A DNA stretch of 63,589 nt, counting the filler, from Octopus bimaculoides (taxonomy: Eukaryota), in NCBI RefSeq assembly GCF_001194135.2. It is 11 parts of 10 records of this genome, joined end to end, with 100 filler letters (N's around TTAATTAATTAA, not from the genome) between each part and the next. Parts side by side here need not be neighbours in the genome. Positions count along the whole stretch, not along the records: positions 20,870 to 31,721 come from NC_068988.1; positions 31,822 to 33,229 come from NW_026425304.1; positions 33,330 to 38,661 come from NW_026301691.1; 8 more parts are not named here. One strand, 5' to 3'. Of this stretch, positions 23,513 through 34,974 are shown piece by piece. Made by a program: the position numbers and the translations under genes. The notes under the pieces are model-generated. The model made no database searches. It saw only the letters and a list, made by a program, of their open reading frames with translations, and was not told the DNA's origin. Within the stretch, counting starts at the first letter, position 1. The number at the start of each line of letters is the position of its first letter.

Positions 23513-24756
23513 CAGCTTTGATTAAGGCAACCTATGATCAAAGGCATTTCATCTGTGACCATCACATCTTTCCCACCAGAATATGTGCAGGATTGTTGTC
23601 AGATAAGTCTCTCTTCTTTTTGGAAGCAGAAGGATATGAGGAAGGAATTGCTTTTATTTCTAGCAAGTTGATCTTGTTAGTTCCAGTAGAGAGTCAGCAA
23701 GTTATTGGTGAGATTGCTTGTCAAAGTATACTCCTGCCTAAAACTAACACTATTCCTAAAACACATTATACTAACACAAACCTGTGTGGCCAGCTATCAA
23801 AATGTATACAGTATTACTGCATGACTTATAATTCTGTATAAATGACTGATACTTAATCTGTTTCTTGTTTTCAATGACTAACAAGATAGGCCTGGCTGTA
23901 TTTATTTGGCACTAGCACTACAGAGGTTGCCTTGTGCAGCCCTATCTCTACATCTTTACTATCATAAGATTTAATAATTTACATTTATTTTTCCATGGAT
24001 GGGATAGGGTCATGGATAGGGTTAAGGTTGGAAAGATAAATGGAGTGGTCACAGATGAAGTGCCTTTGATCAGAGGTTTCCTTAATCAGATATGAGCTGG
24101 GTTCTTGCAACACTCCAAGTTGCTTGCCTTTTTTCCATAACAAACTGCCTGGAGCCAGTAACCCAGATTGTTTCACTGACATAGGCTGGCATCCATTCCA
24201 TTTGACTCCTGGCTGGAGATAATTCAAAATCTTGGATCTGTAAGTCTTACGTATTACTTCCAAACCAATATGACATCATCATTTAGCCACTAGTGAAGCT
24301 GGTTCTATGGTGTTTGGTGGTCTGAGCTCCACAGGATTTGGACTGTCTGGTAACTCCTTGACTTTCTCTACATAAAATAGCCTTCTGGCCTGACATATCC
24401 GCAACTAACAACTCATGTGCACCACCACTAACCAACTCAGCTCCGCTCCCTTCTCTCCTAAAGCCACCAACCACATTATCCATAAATTCTGTATCGTCAC
24501 CGTCACTACCACCATGAAGTTTCTGCCTACAAATCCCTCACTGAACTCATCAGCAAATGCCAATATTAATGCTTCTTATCATTGCTTGTAATCTTTCGAA
24601 AGCACATCTACAATACTAATTACGACATTACAAAAATTGATGGGTTTACTTGGATCTAATTTGCATGATAGAGAGATGTTTCTGTATGGGTGGATGTATA
24701 TGTGTGTACATGTGTCTGAGCACATATGTGCACGCAAGTGTGTATATGTGAGTCCA

Positions 24757-24967
24757 TGCATGTAAGTATTTGTGTATAGATGTGTATGTTGTATTTGTAT
24801 AGACCGCCTCTTCATCTCATGCTTTTTCATCATCGCTCTTTGCAGTTAGACATCAGTTATCCTGCTGTACCTACCTGCATTTCTCCATCTGTGATGTCGT
24901 TTTATACTATGGACAATAGCTAGTATTATATGAACAATAGCTAGTATTATATCTACACACAACTCAC
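24757..24967 (-). repeat. Right arm of the 211-bp inverted repeat
   Basis: See left arm. Confidence 0.95.
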
Positions 24968-25739
24968 CAAACAGGAATCCGTAATAATATTGTTTTCCTT
25001 TAGTAAAACAATTTCTGTTACACAGATACATAAACGCCCTCCCCGTATCTACACACGAACTCTCATACACACAACTCATCTATCACACTTGCCATTTAAG
25101 TCTCATTCACACGACCTACACATCAGTCTACATACATTTACACACTGTCACAAAGCAAGTTCATACTCTGTCGTACATACACATATCCACATACAGAATA
25201 CATTCTTGCAACTTATCCTCTTCTCCTGACTCTTTAAAGTACATTTACAGACACACTCTCTCATACACAGTCTCATAAGAACACACAGACATAGTAAACG
25301 CAAGTGACTTATATCATACGACGCAAAAACAGTCCTCTGATTGAATATCCTTTTGATCTCTGATTTTCAAGTTTCACTTTATCCATGTATGTGGTTTTCA
25401 TATGAAACTTCTGCGGAACTTTCACTGTCCGTTTCCTTGATAGAGGAATGACAGTGCGAAACGTTGAACATTCCTCTGTATTTCGTTGCCTCGCAAATTG
25501 AATTCTCGTGTCTAAAACTTTTATTTTTGTTACTTTTAATTCCAGACGCCATCTTGATGAAATACATTAGCCGAATGAAAGTTAACATGCTTGATGGAGG
25601 CAGAACAATATATACATTAAACTAATTATACCTCGCTCAGAGATTTATTATTAAACTAATTATTATTAACCTTGCGGGGTAGAGAGGAGGAAATATGCCC
25701 AATGACTGATGTTAATTAGATATGGTCGGTGCAAATGGT

Positions 25740-26090
25740 GATAATCCGAAAATTTAATTATGGTAATGATGATAACGATGATGATGATAATGATGACGGT
25801 AGTAGTAGTGTTGGTGTCATAATGATAAAGATGATGATGGTAGTAAAGTTGATACTGTTGCTGCTGCTGCTGCTGATGTTAATGATGGAGACAACAATGA
25901 CGACAATGATGATGAGTATGGTGATGAGAAGAATGATAATGATGTTAATGACTGTTGATTCTACAGTTGTTGTTCCTGGTGATAATGATCAACTCAAAAT
26001 TTCTAATTATAATGACGATAGAATGATGATGATGGTGATGATGACGATGATGACGATGATGATGATGATCACTATCATCCTTATCCTCAT
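25740..26090. repeat. Degenerate (GAT/CTG)n trinucleotide region
   Basis: Visible low complexity. Confidence 0.9.
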
Positions 26091-26144
26091 CACTATTCAA
26101 GTTAAACGAATGAGCTGAGTGATGAGGAAACGTCTCTCTAGATG

Positions 26145-26199
<55 letters not shown>

Positions 26200-26354
26200 C
26201 CAACATACGAACATATATTTACATACTGGCACACATATACTCATATGAAAACACATTTAAACACATATGTACATGTTTACACACATATGCACCCGTGTAC
26301 GCATATATATATATATACAAACGTTTACATACACATTTACTCATATGCATATAA

Positions 26355-26460
<106 letters not shown>

Positions 26461-26628
26461 ATATATATAATGTGTGTACATACACGCAAACATATCGAAA
26501 CGTACATATACTCATGTACAAGCACACACATGTACATGTATTTAGATATGCATAAGCTCACATCAATATAGACACATGTATTCACTACACGTATAGATTG
26601 TAGATTGTACATACATATACTCACTTGT

Positions 26629-26699
<71 letters not shown>

Positions 26700-27233
26700 C
26701 AGACACTTTTCTTCCTATCACGAACATCTATGCAAATTAGATCCAATTAAGTTGATTTTTGTAATCAAGTATCCATCGTTTGGAGTTGTTAAAATTTCCA
26801 CATGAAACCTAAGGTACACACACAGAAGCATACACACACGCACACACACACGACATACAGTTACGCACACACACATATATGTATACATGCAAATATACAC
26901 ATGTATAACTCATAGCTACATAGATTGATGCGCACAAGCATTAGCATGCACATAATATACACATAGTTTCATACACATACACGTATATAGAAACACCCAA
27001 ATATTTATATACCCATACATATGTATACAAACATGTGCATGTGTTCAAGCACATGTATATACATACATAAACACACACATTAATAATATCTCTACTTATA
27101 ATTCTATACGAATCCCCAGAAACACACACATACACACACTCACGCGCTCACACACACACGCACGCACACACACACGCACGCACGCACACACACACACACA
27201 CTCACACACACACACTCCCGCACACACACACAG

Positions 27234-27269
<36 letters not shown>

Positions 27270-27937
27270 CATATACACATTAACACATACACGCATATAT
27301 GTACGCACGTACACAAATATTTCTCCTTGAGATTTCCAGTGAATTTTCAGACTTACACACACACACACACACACGCACCCCGCCACACAGATTCACATAA
27401 TGCGCACACTGGACACACATACACACAATAACACACATTCTACACACAAATACACTCACACATTCACATACAAACGCACCATAATGCGCACACTCCACCC
27501 TCCTACGCATTCCATGCACATTCCACGTACACACACATACATACACATTCAACCTCACGTTTCACACACGCACACATGCACTTCACCCGCCCACAGACAC
27601 ACACACGCACACTCCACACACGTACACTCCACACACATACACATTTCATGCATCCACATACGCACATACCAACTCACAACTATTCCTACTGTATGGGAAC
27701 AGTAAACCTCTCACATACTCTGTGTCACACTCTCTCTCACATAGATACACATGCGTGCGCACACACACATACACACATTTTACACATTCACACTGCACTC
27801 ATACACACACACGCGCAAATTACTACTTGTATATGTGATTCTTGGCGAATACTACTCTCTCTCTCCATCCATCCTCAGCCTGTTTCTCACCTTCCATCCC
27901 AACTCTTTCTCTTTCTCCCCTCTCTGTTTTATATATT

Positions 27938-28053
<116 letters not shown>

Positions 28054-28661
28054 CTCTGTCTGTTTGTTTGTATGTCTGTCTGTCTCTGTTTGTCTTCCTT
28101 TCTCTCCCTCTCCCTTCCCTCCCCTTTGCCCCTTTCTCTCTCAAACACTGACATATTTATAGTGTGTCTTATTTTAATTTATTGTATGCTTATCTTTCTT
28201 TATTCTTCGTATTTTTTCTCATTGACTTCCTATTTGTGTTCCCAGTCTAGCAACTTAATCTATTCCTTGCCATTCCTCATTCCTCCACAATGCATCTTAG
28301 TTACGACTGCTACCAGCATGCTCTAGTTAAGCTTAAGAGCGAAACGTCAACTATGTAACAAGAAACCAAGTTATATCACCTGAAGAGATGCTTCTGCACT
28401 GCGGGGTACATTGGAATTCATTGTATAGTTTCCCCACACACGACAGAGCAGTGGACTCTCCCGTCAAAAGCGACGTATGAACGTTCAGCTTTTGCCGAAT
28501 GACCTGCACAAATGATTTGTTTATAGTGATCAAATGTTCGTGCCGCACATTAGCTTACTATCTCCATCAAATTGACGTTGCCTGACCAGACGCACGGTGC
28601 ACCTCGCGTCGGAGAGCAACGTGAGATGAACTGTTTTGCTCAAGATCACAACGCACCCCCC

Positions 28662-31514
28662 AGTCTAGGAATTGATAATTACAAACAGCCAAAGTAAGAT
28701 ATCCGTTGGTATGAGAAACGTCAACGATTCTTTGAATAAAGCAAACAGGTCAACTCCAATCCAAACCGATTCTACCAAGAACTTGGCACATAACAGCAGT
28801 TGGCAAAAATAAAATAGAGACCAATGCAACACTAACAGCAGAAAAAGTAGAAGAATTTTGGAAAGAAATATGGTCAACGAAGGAACAACTTCAGAAAAGA
28901 TCTATTAAAACAATAAACACAGCACCAGAACAATTCAGGACGCCTATAACAACGGAAGAGGTCAACCAGGCACTGCAAAACCTAAGCAACTGGAAAGCAC
29001 ACAGGCACAAGATCCCCAATTTCTGGCTGAAATATCTAACAGGATTACATACAACGCTGTCTATGAAATTCAGTGAGATGCTAGCAGAGCCAGAGAAAAT
29101 GCCTGAATGGCTCACAGAAAAGAAAACCAGCCTCATACCCAAATCCACTGGAACGGCAAACCCATAAAGCTACAGACCTATAACTTGTCTGCCTGCATTT
29201 TATAAAGCCTTAACTGCAATGATATCACAGAAAATGGGCAAACATCTTGAAGAAGACAACCTTTTTTCAGATAAGCAGAAGGGATGCTGCAAAGGCTTAC
29301 ATAGCTGTAATGATCAGTTATTGATCAATAAAGCCATAACTGAAGACAACCGAAAGAAAAAGAAGGGTCTGATCATGGCTTGGATCGTTTATCGAAAGGC
29401 TTTCGACAATATTCTCCACACATGGATCCTAGAAACACTAGTCACGAACAAGTAGCACCAATAATAATAAAATATATAAAACATGTCATGAATAAATGGT
29501 GAACAGTGTTGCAGCTCTAGACAAAAGAGGCACCCTAAAAGCTAAAGTCATCTCCATTAGAAGAGGAATTTTCCAAAGAAACTCGCTTTCTCTACTCCTT
29601 TTCTGCCTGGCACTGACGCCTTTAACTTACATGCTAAACAGAACTGGCTGTGCATATAACTGCTACAGCAAAACAATCAACCATTTCTTGTATATGGATG
29701 ATCTAAAACCGTATGCTGCAAATGATTAATAAGTGGAGACATTTTTAAAACACTTTTTTGCAATTGTCTGATAATACAGACATAGACTTGCCCAAATGCA
29801 TCAATAGATTAGCATTGATATTTTCTCACCGTTGTTACAATCATCTGAAATGGAACTGTCAAAACGCGATATTCGAGCAATTTTGCTATTCAACTTCAAA
29901 AAAGGTCGTAAAGCAGCTGAAACTGCTCGCGATATCAACGAAACATTTGGTGAGGAAATGACCACCGTGTAGTCAACTCGAAAATAGTTCAAATGATTTC
30001 GCTGTGGAGACCTGAGCCTTGAAGACCGTGAGCGTAGTGGACGCCCATCTGTCATCGATGACGGTCAATTAAAGATCGTTATTGAGAAAGATCCACGTAA
30101 AACCATTCGAGAACTGACAAAAGAACATCAGGTTAGCCAGAAGACTGCTTGGAACCATTTGCAGGCGATCGGAAAATCAAAAAAGCTCCGCAAATTGGTA
30201 CCACACGATTTGAATGAAAATCAGAAAATGCGCTGATATGAAATTTTCTCGTCGCTTCTTCTCCGTAACCAGACCGATCCATTTCTCGACCGTATGAAAA
30301 GTGGATTCTGTATAATAATACTTAACTGGACACTAAATGAATTAACCAAACTAGACAGGAAGACAAGAAAAATATTGACGGAATTTACGATTCGCCACTC
30401 AAATATGACGTAGAAAGGTTATATATAAAACGAACTGATGTTAGTAGAGGCCTTATACAACTAGAAAATTCCTATGAAATAACCACCATAGGATTACAAA
30501 AATATCTAATTCAGAAGTAAGGAAAACTGGTACAAATAGCCACAAAACACAAACAAAACAAAAAAAACCGTTTTCTGTCTTTAAGGAAGCCAAAAGATAC
30601 AAAAAAGAGATCATAGTACCCGACAACTATGAAGAAAAAGAGCAAACAACAAAATCTGTGAAGCAACTGAAATCCAAACTACAACTGAAACAACAAAATA
30701 CCATGATAAAACGAAAAGTCCTTTCATGGTAAATACTAGGATAAGCTAAACAGAAAAGAAATAGACAAAGCAAAATCTCAACAATGGTTGAGGAGCTCAG
30801 GAATCAAAGCTGAGACTGAAGGATTTTTAATTGCAGCACATGATCAAAGCCTCCCCACCAGAAACAAATGGTGGTAAAAAAAAGTAAATGCAGAATATGT
30901 GATGATGGGGAAGAAACAATAAATTACATTGTCTCTGGCTGCCCAGTCCTGGTTAAGAAGGAATATATTCCCAGACTTGACAGAGTTGGGGCTTATATAC
31001 ACTGAAAGTTATGCCAACACTACGGCATGACAACAGAAAAAAGATGATATAAGCACATCCCAGAAAAGTTCTCAGAAAATGAGAAAGCAACCATACTCTG
31101 GGATAGGCCAATACGCATAGATAGTGAAATGATGGCTAATAAACTGGGTATAGTTGTCAGAGTTAAGCAAGAAAAAATGCCTTCTAAAAGAAACGGGGCA
31201 ACTCTCAAAATACAAAGACCTGAAAATAGAGATAGCCTGAATGTGGGGCCTAAAAACAGAAACAATCCCTATATTAATTGGTGCATTAGGTATGATTAAA
31301 GAACACAAAGGTAAATACATAACCAAAGCACCAGGACTTACGAATATATATAACATACAGAAAATAGCACTAATAAGCACCGTACACATCCTACATAAAG
31401 TATTTTCAATAAAGTGAAAATAACAGCACAAAAGCAAACCACAGCACAAAGCGAAGGCACACATAGCTGTGCTCGGAAGTGAAGTGAGAACACGTGATAA
31501 AAATAAGACTACTG
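28662..31514 (+). mobile_element. R4/Dong-type non-LTR retrotransposon pseudogene (RT and REL), 5'-truncated, ending in (AAT)n
   Basis: NWKAH..IPNFWLK, YRPITCL, QKGCCKG..CNDQLLINKAI, AWIVYRKAFD, IRRGIFQ, FLYMDDLK, NWTLNELTKLDRKTRKIL, AETEGFLIAAHDQSL, CCHC region, KYKDLKIEIA*MWGLKTETIPILIGALG. (AAT)n starts at 31515. Confidence 0.92.
29729..30319 (+). mobile_element. Mariner (Hsmar/SETMAR-like) 5' half nested in the Dong RT
   Basis: IRAILLFNFKKGRKAAETARDINETFG...EDRERSGRPS...KLRKLVPHDLNENQK...EKWILYNN. Begins after TA at 29727. Confidence 0.9.
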
Positions 31515-31672
31515 AATAATAATAATAATAATAATAACAATAACAATAATAATAATAATAATAATAAAAATAAAAATAATAGTAATAATAATAATAATAG
31601 GCGGTGGCCCAGCATGGCCACAGCTCATGAGCTGAAACTAGATGAACAACAACAACACCAACAACAATAATG

Positions 31673-31721
<49 letters not shown>

Positions 31722-32336
31722 NNNNNNNNNNNNNNNNNNNNNNNNNNNNNNNNNNNNNNNNNNNNTTAATTAATTAANNNNNNNNNNNNNNNNNNNNNNN
31801 NNNNNNNNNNNNNNNNNNNNNTCAGAAGTAGCTAATTAATCTTAAATTAATTTAACTAAGGTAATTTTTTCTGTTTTGTTGAAATTGACTTACAATTTAC
31901 GCTGACGCTTACACGTGTGTTCTTATATAAAAATAACCTTTTTCGAAATGTGTGTCATAAACGATATTTTGAGAAATAGTTCTTCGGAAAGAGACTTCGA
32001 TGGAAAACAATTAATTATAAATGGTGGGAGACCAATACCGAATTTACCTAATTTGCGAAGCTACAACAAGAAATTCATGAGACGATTTCAGGTTAATTTG
32101 TATGAAAAGAAAAAATGGTTAACTGGAAGTGGTACACTTAATAAATTATTCTGTTGGCCTTGTTTACTTTTTTTGCTTAGAAAAGAATGTTTGGAATGAT
32201 AAAGGCTATGAGGATATAAATAATTTACATATGGCTATGCTAAAGCACGAACGTTCTCAAAGGCATATAAAATATTTGATAGATCTTAAAATATTCGGGA
32301 ATGTTCGAATAGACTTACAATTAGATGCATGTAGAA

Positions 32337-32581
32337 ATCACCGCCGGAAATTGTTGCTGACAAACACAGCAGTAATTGTCTTCACCTCAATAGACGTCAT
32401 TGATTGGTTGAAATTACCGAAATACGACAACTTTAACACGAAATAACTTCGAAAATACACAATTTTCTCAAAAATGCCAAGAGTAAATGATGTTTTATGT
32501 GACACATTCTACCAGTATACGAATTTTGAAAGTGTTTAGTTACAAAAAATTATTTTTTAAATGTGCCGGCCAAAGGGTAAA
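32337..32581. mobile_element. Non-autonomous element fragment inserted in the hAT
   Basis: Internal sequence is shared with 12430-12650 (AATAGACGTCA..GATTGGTTGAAATTAC..GAAATACGACAACTTTAAC...CATTCTACCAGT). Ends in GGCCAAAGGGTAA, which is piggyBac-like. Confidence 0.65.
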
Positions 32582-32656
32582 GATCCCAGAATTCAAAATG
32601 CAATTCATAAAGTTATGTTGAATGAGATGCAAAAGGAAATTGAGCAAGCTAAGTTT

Positions 32657-33167
32657 GGGTACTATTCAAGAAGAGTGGTCCCTGTTGTATTTGCGCTTGC
32701 ACATCACAGATTCATCTATTTCTACGATGTGCCCAAGTCCACCAATTTGGTAGGGGTAACGCAAAAGATAATTACTTATAATGTCCCTCATGTACTGATA
32801 CCATTGAACAACAGTAGATTTTGAAAGACCGGTCATCTCAGACTATATATGTCCGGTAGTATTATGGGGCCATAAATACGCGAGAAGAATGAAGTCCTTT
32901 AGTCGTAATTTGGAATTTTCCAAAAACGAAGACTTTTTAATGGACTCTTTACCAAAAACAGGTAAGTGTATAATTTATTTACTTTGTTTAAAAAAAAATA
33001 TTTACTTTGTGTAAAGAAATTATTCACTTTGTTTAGAAAAAACCCTCATACATGTTTTGCGCATGCGCACGTGATTTTTATGCGCGCATCTATTAATTTG
33101 CATACGCGCACTCGTGCTAGGTAGTGGTAGGATCGACTAGTCACGACTAGCTTTCTGAATAGTACCC
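32657..33167. mobile_element. 511-bp MITE, TIR GGGTACTATTCA, 7-bp TSD TAAGTTT
   Basis: Perfect 12-bp TIRs. TAAGTTT occurs at 32650-32656 and 33168-33174, and excision restores the hAT frame. Confidence 0.92.
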
Positions 33168-33330
33168 TAAGTTTGTTTTTATTCTTGTTGATGAGACATC
33201 TGATGTCTCAGCATATTCACAACTGTCAANNNNNNNNNNNNNNNNNNNNNNNNNNNNNNNNNNNNNNNNNNNNTTAATTAATTAANNNNNNNNNNNNNNN
33301 NNNNNNNNNNNNNNNNNNNNNNNNNNNNNT

Positions 33331-33483
33331 ATACGACGGGCTTCTTTCAGTTTCCGTCTACCAAATCCACCCACAAGGCGTTGGGCGGCCCGAGACTACA
33401 ATAGAAGACATTTGGCAACGCAGTAGGACGGAACCCACAACAATGTGGTTGGGAATCAAACTTCTTACTACACGGCCACGCCT
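33331..33483 (-). mobile_element. SINE family A
   Basis: Diverged copy abutting an N-gap. Confidence 0.8.
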
Positions 33484-33629
33484 TTCTTTCTGAGCCCTTT
33501 CCAGTGATATTAGGCAGCGAATTAGAATAAAAGTTAGAGTATGGGCAAAATATATTTCCGATATTAGTTCCAGTTCACTGCACTCTGAGTTCAAATCTCA
33601 CCTAGATCAATTTTTAGTTGGTAGTAAGG

Positions 33630-33850
33630 AGTAGCTAGGAAGGTAGAGGACGAATTCAAAAGGGGACTTGGAATTGGCGGAGCGCGTCAGCTTTTTAGAG
33701 GCCTGCACGCCACAAAACTGCAGCTCCCCCTATGCCAGCCGGTTTGATGACAATATCTTCATGGTGTCTGAGGCACCAGTCGGCAAAGAGTTCGGCTTGG
33801 GTGATGTTAATATGTCGAAGTGCCTCCGGAAGTTGAACCAGTCTAGGCTC
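33630..33850 (-). mobile_element. PLE reverse-transcriptase N-terminal fragment
   Basis: NITQAEL...LRHHEDIVIKPAGIGGAAVLWRAGL*KADALRQF resembles the PLE IVIKPADKGGAVVVW motif. Confidence 0.75.
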
Positions 33851-34314
33851 GATAACGCAGAACGCAGATAGGCAAAACGCAGTTGTTAGAATGTCGTTCT
33901 AAATACATTGCGCTATTTGTTCCAGCTCATTTTCTAAGTTTTCCGACGGAAGATTTGATCGGCCGACCGATTTAATACCACCACTTGATTTTCAGTTGCC
34001 TTTAGTGAGCATCGCAGAGTTGCAGACATTTGAGCTAGGTTTCTAGCTTGAATATAACTTCATTCAAACAGACGCGGATGTCCTAAATAAATGGAAAACC
34101 ATTGGTGCATTTTTCTTTCTTTTACTAAGCAAATAAAAATTATTTATGTTGAAATAAATAAATTCATACTTGCTATATTAAACTTCTCAGGCAGTCTATG
34201 TTCGTATGTATGTATGTATGTATGTATGTATGTATTTACGCATGTGTTTATGTATGTATGTACGTACATACATACACAGACACAAGTATATACACATACA
34301 CATATGCACATACG

Positions 34315-34370
<56 letters not shown>

Positions 34371-34974
34371 ACAAACACACACACACACACACACACACTC
34401 ACAAACACATTCAGCACTACGAACTCCAATCACTCCTCCATATTAGTGAAAGATTTTTCCCTCGTTGGCGGTGCCATATAACAAGCGCCAAACGACAATG
34501 ATTGGCTATGTTAACTACGTTGTTTCGCTTTTGCTCCTTATGTAAATAATATTACCTTGAACGTTGGTAAAGAAAAATAATAATAACAGATTTCAAATTA
34601 TGGCCCAAGGTCACTTATTCTCTTATTCTATCAAGGTCAGCAATAATGAGGGGAAAAGCAAATTGCTTACATCAACCCCAGCATATCACTGGTATTTTAT
34701 ATTTATCGTCCCCGAAAGGTGTTATTTGAATTCACAACGCAAACAGCTGGAAGAAATGCTGCAAATCATTCTGTCGTATGTGCTAACGATTAATGCCAGC
34801 TGACATTCTTAATAATAATAATTTCAAATTTTAACACAACGGTTTTGGGAGAGAAGTAAGTCTATTGCATCGACCCAAGTGCTCAAATGGTACTTATTTC
34901 ATCGACTCAGTAAGGTGTCCGACTAACCTTTCAGTCTGGTCCAATACACCACCTCTGTCACTAATGTCACCAGA

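Larger units (their letters stand above)
31948..33229 (+). pseudogene. hAT transposase remnant (TTF-type zinc finger and DUF4371), interrupted twice, running into a gap
   Basis: MCVINDIL...GRP...WLTGSGTLNKLFCWPCLLF / WNDKGYEDINNL...KHERSQRH...RIDLQLD, then IQNAIHKVMLNEMQKEIEQAKF [insert] VFILVDETSDVSAYSQLS. Confidence 0.9.

Noticed and set aside
28300-28410. GCTCT..AGAGC-GAAACGTC-AACTA half-hammerhead and a nearby CTGAAGA-GATGC
   Set aside because: The two halves are in the wrong order and spacing to form one ribozyme; at most scraps of a PLE repeat.
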